DNA of 64,000 nt from Phoronis australis. Lineage: Eukaryota > Animalia > Phoronida. Both the position numbers and the translations under genes were made by a program. The notes beneath the pieces were generated by a model. It was not told the origin of the DNA. It worked only from the letters and a program-made list of their open reading frames with translations, and ran no database searches. Of the stretch, positions 15,001 to 64,000 are shown in pieces. Each line of letters opens with the position of its first letter. Within the stretch, counting starts at the first letter, position 1. Location of the stretch: contig NMRA01000507.1 of the NCBI GenBank assembly GCA_002633005.1, forward strand, positions 62,001 through 126,000, given 5' to 3'.

Positions 15001-18000
15001 TAGGGGTTCGATAAACGCCAAAAGCTTTTTGGCAAATAATGCCTCACACTGATGTTCCAATAAGTATCTTTTGCACATAGAGGGACACCTTAGGAGGTTG
15101 ATAGTATCTTTAACTCTTCCCAGCTCGAACAAAAAACTCTTGCAATTTGCAGAGATTGACTGTGGGTTTGTTTAAAAGGTAGCTATGCTTTGAAATTGTG
15201 TGTAGATGGAGAGTGAACAATCAAATCCAGCAATTAATTTCGTATATGATAACCACTAATTAAACAAGTGAAACCTGATGTTAATTAAGTAATCAACTAA
15301 AAAGAAGAGTATTACTATGCTAGCGCCCTCTATAAAGATTACTTCAATAAATAAACCAAAATAATCAAATGTCTTATCTGCTATCCAAGCTAGGATTCTC
15401 CACTTGTTGGATGACTGTCCTGTTGGTGAATATTCGAACTACATATACACTGTATTGCAACAGCGTACTTGCTGGACACCGTCTCTGGTCACGAAACACT
15501 TGCAGGCAGTTTTTTCTACCCACGATTCTTCTTGCTGGTCCCAGTCTCTGATGACGCAACACTTCAGGCAGTTTCTTCTACCTATGATTCTTCTTGCCGA
15601 TCGCAGTCTCTGGTGACACAGCACTTCAGGCAGTTTCTTACGATGCAAGTGGCAAGCTCTTAGTTAATTTGCTGTTCGTTAACCCTTGCCCTTGCCAAGA
15701 TCCTTTCTAGAATCTTCCATGAGATGGCTCTTTTGTACAATTTCCTCTGTACACTGTAGCAAGTCTTTAAGCTTCGACTACTATAGCTCATCTGAACATT
15801 TTCTTGATTTTAGCCCATATAATATTCTACTTTTTCAGCGATTGGCTAATAAAAACCACATGATCACATCCAATCATAAAATTGGCTGTTACAGTTTGTT
15901 CTCAGAAATTTCTAGAATCTCTACATTGGTTTGACCCCAGAACCCAAAGTTGTAAACACCATCTAAAAATAGTTTTTGACGTTAAAGTACATGTCAACAA
16001 GTTTGACCACATGATTTAGAAGTACATATGCACAAACTTTGGGCAACTTAAAATGGATCTATTCGTACTAATTACTTAATCAATATTTATTCTGAAAGCA
16101 ATTAAACCTTTTTAAGAACAGTCCTTTGCCAATTCGGGCAACTGAATGAAGGACTGTTTGAAGAAGAAAGTTTGATTACGAGAGTATTTGTTTGAATTGT
16201 AAGGAATTAAAGACATCAACGGCCTGGCAAGGAGCCCCTCTATGCGCAAAAGCTATTTAAGCAGTGTGAGGCATAATTTGCCAAAAAGCTTCCCGTCTAT
16301 TGGAGGATCTACATAGGCGGATTTAGTAGGGGGGTGCCAGGGGGCCCGCCCCCCTTGGCTGCCACAAAAAAATAAAACAGCAACAGCGTCAGGAAATGTT
16401 GAGTTTATTAACTAACCCCGGTAATTAAAATTATACGGCTGAAACAAGATTTAAATGTGTGCAGTTTAAGTGTTTGGGGGGGGGCTCAGATCCAATTTCA
16501 AGTGTCAAATTTGGAACATGGCGCAATCGTAACGGAACTATGGCTAAGTATACGCTCTCCCGCGATATCTCAGGCGACTGGCAGTGGCGCTGGGCACTAC
16601 AACTTCGTTTCCGTCGTCTTCTCCACAGTGCAATGAAGAAAATTACTTCATTTTTTAAAGAAAATGGAATTGGGAAAATCACAATCAAGGTCCATATTCG
16701 GTAGCCACTTTTGATGAAAAATGAAGGTTGTCACATACCTGTAAAAGCTAGGTTATTTTAAAGTACCATCATTCCAGGTTTGTAATCTAAAACATGTTTG
16801 CACAAGAATGATGATACATTGCATGTCTTAACACACTATAATGAGAACTTCTTCTCTTGCAATATGATTCTTACAAAAAGAAAATGACAGGTTACTACTT
16901 TTTTCAAAAACTTTATTGGTGCTATCTGCCTAGTTTCCAACACATTCACCAGTTGGTCAAAATAGTTAAAGCAATGTTAGGCCCAGTGTTCAACTTGTAA
17001 ACAGTAAAAAAACGGTACTGGTTGGGGGGTACGTACACTATGCACAGTCAACCAACGTCAAATTTTGACTTAGTTACAAATGTATGGGATAATCTTTTGT
17101 GCTGCCTCTACTAGTTGTTTTGTTGTAAGTTGTCTTGAGAGATAGAGAACCTGCCTCTGCAACATCAGTTGTCATATGACATGTCTTCTAGGATGTTACT
17201 AGCCAAGACCTGTGTGGCATTTTATTTCCCACAAATATAATAATGTCCATTGTTTTTTTTTGTTTTGTCAGACTGGATGCATTTTGGAAATATCACTATT
17301 ATTCATGAGAACAGCAGTATGTAAAAATACTTGTGGGCAATGCTTGATAGCACAGAGGTTAGAGGTACGTACACTACACAGGGGTACGTACACTTCATTT
17401 CAATGACTTGTCAGGTATATAAAAAATACTTAGAATCTACTGAGCATTAGTTCACTTACCAAATCTATTCAAAGAGAACAAACAAAAAGTACAGCATAAA
17501 TGTGTATGTCTGTCATTTTTTTGAAAACAGGCAGGTGTTAAAATATATGGGTACGTACACTACACAAATGCTAATATTTCACTCAAAACAAATGTATTTG
17601 TAATTAACACTCTTTTAACTTAGCATTTTTAATGGAGGAAACTGTCTGTGACAAATGTTGCATACTTACTGTGTAATATTTTTGTTTCATGATATTTGTT
17701 CACATCGAGGTACGTACACTACACAGGGGTACATACACTACATTTCAATGACATATGAGGTTTGTAACTAAATACTAAGAATTTATTGAGAGTTAGTTGA
17801 TTTACTAAATCAATTCAAAGAGAAAAAATAAAAAGCACAGCATCCATGCGCATATTTGCCATACTTTGAAAATAGGCACAAATTAAAATATGGGGGTACG
17901 TACACTACACAAATGCTAATATTTTGCTCAAAACAAATGTAAATAAACACTCTTTTAACCTAACATTTTTAAGGAAGGAAACTGTCTATGACCAATGTTG

Positions 18001-20774
18001 CTCACTTACCAAGTGATATTTTAATTTCATGGCATTTGTAAACATGGGGGTATGTACACTACAAAAGGGGGTACGTACACTACAAAAGAGGGTACGTACA
18101 CTACATCACTGTTTCTGCATCACGTGGTAACATAATGTTGTATGGCCATTTATTTTTCTTTGGTGATAATAAGCACCATGTTGTTATTTAAAAGGCAATA
18201 GTTTCATTTGCAATGACCATTTGTGTTATTGAATTCCACATGGGGTACGTACACTACATTCTGTTAGCCTTTTTGGCCCATTTTCACCATAGCAGAACCA
18301 TGTCAATATCCAAACTTTTGGTTTGTTTAGATATTGAATACTTTGCTATGTTGCCTAGGCTAACATATTCTACAGTTCTTTTTATTACAGAGTGTAAACT
18401 TTAGTTTTTAACCCTCTTTACAGTAGGTGAGGGTTAGAAATGCAGAATTCACAAATTTCGTAACGGGTGCCTGATTTATGATGAATCCTACCATTTCTCA
18501 GTGATTAAGCACAACATCATCTAAGTGATTCTGAAAGTGACTCGAGTTATTCCCAGTCATATCAAAGCAATTGCTTACTTGATAAAATAAATTTCTTTTC
18601 TGCTGTTGACAGTTGAAAATTGTAATTTTTAAAATGGCCACTCGTAACGCTAAAAATGTATGAAATTCATAGACAAAAACATGCATAAATTTCTCAAACA
18701 TTGCCCGATTTTGATGATTCTTTTTTTAATTTGCACAACTAAATAACTCTTTGCATATGAGATTCAGTTGGCATTTGGTAAGTGACCAAAAAAATTTATT
18801 TTAGACCGTAACACAGTCAACTCTCGAATATGGCCCTTGATTGTGACTTAGCCGAATCTGAGTGATGATGAAAAAACAACAGCTGCTGGTAAGATGTCAA
18901 TTTCAATCGAAGCCTTAGTGAATCACTCAGAAACTCATAATTCTCTCTTTGTCAAACCTTAACTTAAGACTATTTCCAAAGCAATTGCGTCATCATTTCC
19001 AACACAAAAAACAGATTTGGTCTTTTGGGCAATTGAACACTATTTTAAATACAACAAATTTGATACGAACTGATATCACAAAATATAAAACATGTAACAA
19101 ACATTACAAAAAGAAGAAGGTTTTGTGCGCAAACGCTGTGGACTATAAACAAGTAGGTCTCTTAGTACATAATTAGGAGTTTAATCATGGTGGTGCAGTG
19201 GTAAGGCACGCGTGCTCTATTCGCCACGTCGTGAGTTCGAGTCTGTGGAATTTGCAGTTTTTCCTGTATGACACTTTCTCCGTGTTCTTTTTGGTCTTTT
19301 TTTCTTTGATAATACTTTGGGAATCAAGGAAACTGCTTGATTTTTAGAGGAAAAAACAGAAAAATTTCCTCCCCCCATTCAGAGCTATGCAGATCTACAA
19401 TTGTGGTTTGAGCAAATGTTTACAGACAAAATGTTTGCCCCCCCTTGTGATATCCTAGATCCGCCACTGACCTATGAGATGGCCACAGTCTGTACTGCTG
19501 CCAGTTAAGACAGTGGTAATGTCCTGTGTAGACATTGCTACTATCTTCACTTCGCAGTTGAGATGGTGAAGCTCCTATAGTCACATTGCTATGAGTACTA
19601 TTTGCAACAAATACTCTCGAAATCATAAATTTTTCAAGCAGTCCTTTGTTCAGTTTCCCAAATCGGCAACTGGCCACGTTTACCAGGAGATATGACATCA
19701 TATTCCCTGGCACGTGCAGTATATAAATGGCCAGATGCTAGTTTGGGAAACTGACTGCTCGAAAAAAGTTTGATTACAGCAGTATGCGTTCAACTTTGAA
19801 GGAATTAAAGACATCCACAGCCTTCTAAGATGTCCCTCTAAGCGCAAAAGAGCAACATGACTTTTAATCCATGTGACGCATAATTTGCCTTAAAGCTTCC
19901 AGCAAATGAAGGAGCAACAGGAGCTTCACTGCCTCAACTGCTTAGTAGAGATGGTATCATTGTTAACATGGGTGGTGCAGCGCTGAAAAAAGTGGGGGGG
20001 CTATAGCCTCGCCCATGATGTGTCGCCCATACTTTAGCATAGGCTAGGCCAAGACAAGGACCATCGATGATGGAGCTCCTATAGGCGCTTCATACGCCGG
20101 AAGCTTTTCGGCAAATTATGTCTTGCATGGACTGAAACATCAAAGTCACATTGTTATAAATACCTTATGCTCACAAAGAGACACCTTAGAAGGCCGTCGA
20201 TGGATAATTCCTTCCAACTCGAACAAATACTCCCGTAATCAAACTTTTTCTTCAAGCAGTCCCTCGTTCAGTTCCCAAAATCGGTAACTCACCATTTTTA
20301 TCACTGCCCACGCCAGGTGGTATGACGTCATATCCCCTGGCAAAGTTTGATGACTGGAGTATCTGTTCCAGTCGGAAAGAATTAAATACAGACTCCTAAG
20401 GTGTCCCTCCTCTATGCCTACGGTATTTAAAACAACGTCGCATTATGTTCTAGTCAGTGCGAGGCATAATTCACCGAAAATCTTTTGGCATATGAAGTGC
20501 CTGTAGGAGCTTCACTGTCTCTACTGCAGAGGCAGTAGGCGCCCAAAGCCCACCGTATCACCTTAAGCACTGAATGTAACTCGCCTATGCCTATCACTCA
20601 GTGTATCACACAGTCACCAGAGACCGAGTCCAGAGCCAGACGAAACTAGGAAGAACCCTAGCAAATGATTTTCAGAACGTAACAGTCACCTACCGTGGGC
20701 AAACGCAGTATAAATTGTTGTTCTAGATCATAAGCTGTGTGGTCACTGCTCTTCTTACTTGTTGATGTTGACAT
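1..20774 (-). CDS. TAF7: TAF7 (TFIID subunit 7, TAFII55 family), multi-exon gene span; 3' end runs off the window
   Basis: Spliced exons read MSTSTSKKSSDHTAYDLEQQFILRLPT-GPAIALRRDVQSGHMNLKDK...[32 protein letters not shown]...[43 protein letters not shown]...; these match the hallmark TAF7 motifs ([37 protein letters not shown]). All junctions are GT-AG and in phase. Confidence 0.96.
425..715. repeat. 36-37 bp minisatellite (~8 units, CAGTCTGTTACTGTGAAGAGTCCATGCTCAGCGCATA)
   Basis: Tandem units read directly. Confidence 0.9.
1219..1328 (-). CDS. TAF7: Second copy of TAF7 exon 8 (probably the other haplotype)
   Basis: Same peptide as 2504-2613, in the block duplicated across the single N at 1671. 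Confidence 0.7.
1672..2000. repeat. Same 36-37 bp minisatellite, second copy (>=9 units)
   Basis: Tandem units starting right after the N at 1671. Confidence 0.9.
2504..2613 (-). CDS. TAF7: TAF7 exon 8 (TDFQTKLSELEGQLEELRARKQAQEAEIEAVDNQALK), C-terminal coiled coil
   Basis: TTTCAG acceptor, GTGTGT donor, 110 nt, phase 1/0; resembles human KVENLALK. Confidence 0.88.
3504..3719 (-). CDS. TAF7: TAF7 exon 7 (AEHIFGELSSSEDEDDKDINIMDSGDEE...GDFSQ)
   Basis: TTTCAG acceptor, GTATGT donor, 216 nt, phase 1/1; resembles human IFNDLSSSSEDEDE...DINIID. Confidence 0.9.
3767..4114 (+). mobile_element. Non-autonomous DNA transposon with THAP-like remnant (ISL2EU/Harbinger-like), degenerate copy
   Basis: AT|AGGGCCATCCTGGATT left end, GTAATCCGGGACG partial right end, internal MPMKYYCFAVDCNSD; homologous to 62864-63270. 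Confidence 0.7.
4250..4467. mobile_element. ~220 bp MITE
   Basis: 28-bp TIR ATAGAAAAGAACTAAAACCTAATACTGG / CCAGTATTAAGTTTTAGTTCTTGTCTAT (2 mismatches). Confidence 0.75.
5357..5531 (-). CDS. TAF7: Second copy of TAF7 exon 6 (probably the other haplotype)
   Basis: Same peptide as 8419-8593; only synonymous differences. Confidence 0.7.
5676..5944. mobile_element. Solo-LTR-like insertion (269 bp)
   Basis: TGTGAC...GTTACA termini, 4-bp TSD TGAT on both sides; empty site AACTGATTGACTG in the duplicate block near 8731. Confidence 0.75.
6666..6724 (-). CDS. TAF7: Second copy of TAF7 exon 5 (probably the other haplotype)
   Basis: Identical to 9242-9300, within the block duplicated across the N gap. 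Confidence 0.7.
7126..7447. other. Assembly gap
   Basis: N run. Confidence 1.
8419..8593 (-). CDS. TAF7: TAF7 exon 6 ([32 protein letters not shown]...SQAI)
   Basis: TTTAG acceptor, GTGAGA donor, 175 nt; resembles human DVEKEVKRLLSTDAEAVSTRWEIIAED. Confidence 0.9.
9242..9300 (-). CDS. TAF7: TAF7 exon 5 ([20 protein letters not shown])
   Basis: TTTCAG acceptor, GTAAGA donor, 59 nt, phase 1/0; basic conserved motif. Confidence 0.92.
9708..9825 (-). CDS. TAF7: TAF7 exon 4 ([39 protein letters not shown])
   Basis: AG acceptor, GTAGGT donor, 118 nt, phase 0/1. Confidence 0.92.
11150..11282 (+). mobile_element. Possible 3' end of a non-LTR retroelement
   Basis: Stem-loop (GTGAC..TGTAGC/GCTACA..GTCAC), AATAAA, (ATTG)n tail. 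Confidence 0.35.
11521..11601 (-). CDS. TAF7: TAF7 exon 3 ([27 protein letters not shown])
   Basis: TTGCAG acceptor, GTAAGT donor, 81 nt; highly conserved TAF7 motif. Confidence 0.95.
12081..12212 (-). CDS. TAF7: TAF7 exon 2 (GPAIALRRDVQSGHMNLKDKFSIEIHGDSRHATVCYGGQIYSAK)
   Basis: CTGCAG acceptor, GT donor, 132 nt, phase 0/0; resembles human RRAVQSGHVNLKDRLTIELHPDGRH. Confidence 0.93.
13279..13810 (+). repeat. Two degenerate direct repeats (13279-13410, 13678-13810) with tRNA-like A/B boxes
   Basis: Shared GAATCATATGAGCCTCTG...CACTCACTAA; second copy has TAGCCAAATGGTTAG and GGTTTGATTCC. Confidence 0.5.
15481..15640. repeat. ~62 bp tandem repeat, ~2.6 copies
   Basis: GTCTCTG(G/A)T...ACACTT(G)CAGGCAGTTT..TTCTACC..CGATTCTTCTTGC recurs at 15481, 15544, 15606. 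Confidence 0.8.
16312..19469 (+). mobile_element. Non-autonomous TIR DNA transposon with apparent 5-bp TSD (hAT-like), carrying a nested insertion
   Basis: Ends CATAGGCGGATTTAG...CTAGATCCGCCACTG; flanks ATCTA/ACCTA; both ends match the copy at 23842-25169. Confidence 0.8.
16680..18845. mobile_element. Nested 2.2 kb TIR element with CAC termini (CMC/Chapaev/EnSpm-like, non-autonomous)
   Basis: TIR CACAATCAAGG(T/G)CCATATTCG at both ends; internal ~345-bp tandem repeat and ~11 GGGGTACGTACACTAC motifs. Confidence 0.75.
19523..19955. mobile_element. Palindromic element copy 2, axis TATGACATCATA at 19691-19702
   Basis: Left and right arms are reverse complements of the same consensus as copies 1 and 3. 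Confidence 0.65.
20065..20540. mobile_element. Palindromic element copy 3, axis TATGACGTCATA at 20321-20332
   Basis: 20070-20255 is the reverse complement of 20342-20520 and of 16134-16311. Confidence 0.7.
20694..20774 (-). CDS. TAF7: TAF7 coding exon 1 (MSTSTSKKSSDHTAYDLEQQFILRLPT)
   Basis: ATG at 20774 in AAAATG context, 81 nt, donor GTAGGT. Confidence 0.93.
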
Positions 20775-21315
20775 TTTGTGTTTGTTGTGCAAATTCGAAC
20801 ACACAGCCTTTTGGGCCTCGAAAAGCAATTATGACCGGAAATGATAGAAATTTTACAGTTTCTCGAATATTGTAAACAATACAAAAAGAAAATACTTAGC
20901 TTTAATGCTATAATGAAGATATCAGTTTTGTCGTGGCCAGAAGTTGAACTATTGTTAGTATTGTTTTTCTGTGAATTATGAAATTTTCAGTAATATTCGT
21001 TTGAGCTTTACGGAAGTATTTTTACCCCCTCTGAAAATTTTAATATTTTACGAAGTTTGCAAAAGTAAAACCGTTATTTTCAGCACCTAAGATATAATGT
21101 CATTTGAAACATTTGTTTATTTTCAAGGTATTCATGTTTTTATATTGGGTCCTGATTTATGAGACACTCAAGAATGTTTTAATATATTATGTAAGGAGGA
21201 CGTCGTTCTATCGGAATGCCAAAACATTGATGATGGCCGAAGGAGGAGGTTCCCCAAACACATTGCTTTTGTTTTTAACTGGTTGGAATACAGTTTAAGT
21301 CATCAAAATTATACT
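20775..21315. promoter_or_regulatory. Putative bidirectional promoter / 5' UTRs between TAF7 and FCHSD
   Basis: 541 bp between divergent ATGs; ETS-like CCGGAAA (20835) and CGGAAGT (21011). The TSSs cannot be seen from sequence. Confidence 0.7.
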
Positions 21316-61327
<40,012 letters not shown>

Positions 61328-62863
61328 GTTTGTGGGTTAGTTCCGATTCAAGTGAGCAAATGGAAATTTTTTGGCATTATACTGAAGGTTTAGTTGCGTG
61401 CAGTAATTGACTGTGAAGCCTAGTCTTCATTTCAAATCACTGTTTTGTATCTAAGACTTTTCAACTACTTTTAGTGAACGTTTTGTGCAGAAAAAAAGAA
61501 AATTGTATTGCACAGTATTTTTCATTTGCTCATTGAATCATATGCTAGAATACCATGTTTCTTTGTAAACACTACCTACCTGTTATTTCACAACCCACCC
61601 ATACCACCCTCACNCTTTCTCGGAATTCATGTTTGGTGTTCAGACTCCGAGTTGGGCATAAACGTACAATCGTATCACATGATCCACATTTCCGTGACAA
61701 AAACTTGTATACCTTCACTTACTTAAGATGCAATGCAACAAGTCTATTTAGAATTGTTGCACTAGCTGTGGGCAATACGCCTTCCATCAGGGGACTGTAG
61801 ATTGAAACAGTAAAACACCATGCTATAGGACGCTATAAAAACGCAGTACATTATTTGTGTTCTAGACTTCTAGTGCCTTCCTGCATCAATTAATTTTTTA
61901 TTTTTTTCACAGAAAGTTTCTGTAGACCATTACAACTGTGGATATTTCAGTGTGTGATTAGTGGTATAGCCCCTGTATGTTTCTCTGCTTGCTGCTGGCA
62001 TGATGAATGCTCAATAGTGCTCTGTTGTTTCTGTTTTACTGCATGTAATTAGTGCCAAAATTGGGTGAATGTGATTACTTTTGTGTATTGGGACTCCCTG
62101 ACTTGTGACGGATTCTGTTTTGAGAATTGAAGAACGCCACTGGTTCACTTTGCTCCTAGCTGTTTGTAAAGAAGAAACCTTAATTAGTAGATTTTATTAG
62201 AGTTTGCCATTTGAACCACCACCCAACAAAAGTGAACAGAGTATTTGGCACTTTTCTCAGCATGTTTTTATGCTTTTAACGCCCTTTGAGACTTTTCTGA
62301 AGCACTTTAAATGTTGGGGAGCCATCATAACTCACCCTAGGCCAAGGGCACTTTGTAAAGTATGTCACTTCTCAGTGTATCTATTTCATACGTCGTGTTA
62401 TTTACCACAAAATGCAAGTGCTCATTTTACTTTGGATACTCGGTACCGAGGAGCTTTACCTTAGGGGCTCTTTCAGCAAAAAGTGGTTGGGGTTTTTTGT
62501 AAACTAGTATTGCTGTCTGCAGCACCTTCATTCAGTCACAGGATTTAAGGTATGTTGCGATGAGGAAGGTTTTACATTGTCGACATATCGGTGACGAGAA
62601 AAGAGGATTAGCGATGCTTCTGTTGAACAACTTGAAATATTTTAACGATACGTACCATAAAGAGCTCCTATGGGGGCTTTTTCAAACTTTGTGAGTTCTT
62701 TTGGAAATCCCTGGTATGTAATTACTATGAAAAATTTAGTCAATGTAATACATTTTGTTATTTTTCAGCTGAAAAATCTAGTCACAGTCAAGACCAGGTG
62801 AGTGCCAGTCAATACCATCTAGTTCAATGAATGATCTGTTAGTCAGTGTAATAGTGTTTTGAT

Positions 62864-63270
62864 AGGGCCGTCCCGGATTACCCAGCGATAGAACTCTCCT
62901 TTGTTCCATAAATGAGAAAGCCCGTGACTTTGTTTTGGAAATCAGGCACATTTTCGTATATCTCATAGAAGTCAGCAAGGCAAAGAATTTCACATCACAC
63001 ACGAGTATTTATTCCTCAGACCTGCAGTTTATCAAACTTTCCCCCGTCGGAATTGCAGCCCGCAGCACAGCAGTAATACTTCGTTGGCATTAGAAGGATG
63101 AATAGAGTAATGCAGCCAAGATAAACTTGTAAACAATCAGGCAACAAGAAGTAACATGTGAAACTCCAATGGCACGAAAGCGAGGCAGCAAATGTGTCTG
63201 ACAGATGTTTATGGCATTGTGGGTAAATACAGAAAGATTCGAGAGTCACCGTGTAATCCGGGACGGCCCT
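62864..63270 (-). mobile_element. Non-autonomous DNA transposon with THAP-like remnant (ISL2EU/Harbinger-like)
   Basis: Perfect TIR AGGGCCGTCCCGGATTAC...GTAATCCGGGACGGCCCT flanked by AT; minus-strand MPTKYYCCAAGCNSD. Confidence 0.8.
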
Positions 63271-64000
63271 ATTGTGAGTTTGTGTACACGTGATGTCACA
63301 ATCAATGTCTCTCAAGAACCTTTGAAAGCAAGTTTACTGACTGAGGTTAGTTGTAGCGAGCGTCACATGGATAAAAATATTGGGTGAGGCAAAAGAATTA
63401 TTGATCATTGCAGATGGTCGTGTTTCTACTCATCTTAACTTTTACCTCTCGGTGGTGGCCATATTGCTAGTAGACATTAGTAAAGTCTTCTGTTGATTTT
63501 TGTAATAAGACAACTGTAGATCTTGTGTGACATAAGTTTGACCTTGATAAACTTTGGAATAACTATTAGTGAAGATGCCTCCCAGCTGTTGTCAGAGTGT
63601 TGGTTGATCATTTGTACCTGAGGAATATTTTGTCGTGTTTACGTTGTAGCAGTTCTAGTCCAGGAGAGGCGGTATGTAGGTCAATGTAGTCTGCATGGCT
63701 CGGTTACTAACCTCAGCTGTAACTCCTCTTAGAATTTGAAATAAATCGTGGTATGACACCATCTATTCTTAACAGTTATTTCGGTTGTCATTGTCATAAT
63801 CATGTTGTCTGCTTTTTCTAACTTGTAAGTGATCTGCTTTTATTTATCTCCTTAACTAACCCGATGTAAGCCTCATTGCTTGTGAATACTGTGGACATGC
63901 TGTTATAAGTTCACTTAACTATCTCTTTCAAAACTTGAAATTAAGGAAGTGGCTTATTTCTTTCTGAATGAAATTGCAAAATTACGTAATGTGCTGATGT

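Larger units (their letters stand above)
14941..19523. mobile_element. Foldback/palindromic element copy 1: left arm ~14941-15150; right arm 16130-16311 + 19470-19523, split by an insertion
   Basis: Reverse complement of 14950-15145 aligns across the 16311/19470 junction. Confidence 0.65.

Noticed and set aside
16624-18845. CACAGTG at 16624 and CAC-terminal TIRs as RAG/ProtoRAG recombination signals
   Set aside because: No nonamer at 12/23 spacing, no 5-bp TSD, and no RAG-like ORF

Overview
Eukaryotic, intron-rich animal genomic DNA; it looks like a heterozygous marine invertebrate, possibly a deuterostome (inference only). The window holds two head-to-head genes with ATGs ~540 bp apart. TAF7 (TFIID subunit 7) is on the minus strand: 9 coding exons from 20774 down to the left edge, truncated there. 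An FCHSD/Nervous-wreck orthologue (F-BAR + two SH3) is on the plus strand: about 20 coding exons from 21316 to 59873/61327, with apparent alternative C-termini (a short RRESAV PDZ-ligand tail versus a long acidic repeat tail). All exons were reconstructed by hand from GT-AG sites, phase continuity and similarity to remembered human TAF7/FCHSD2 sequences. Four tandem 'duplications' sit exactly at N gaps and most likely are both haplotypes assembled side by side. Introns carry many non-autonomous DNA transposons (including a three-level nested insertion and spacer-less palindromic elements centred on a CRE site), a presence/absence solo LTR, tRNA-derived repeats and minisatellites. No prokaryotic system, CRISPR array or intact transposase is supported.
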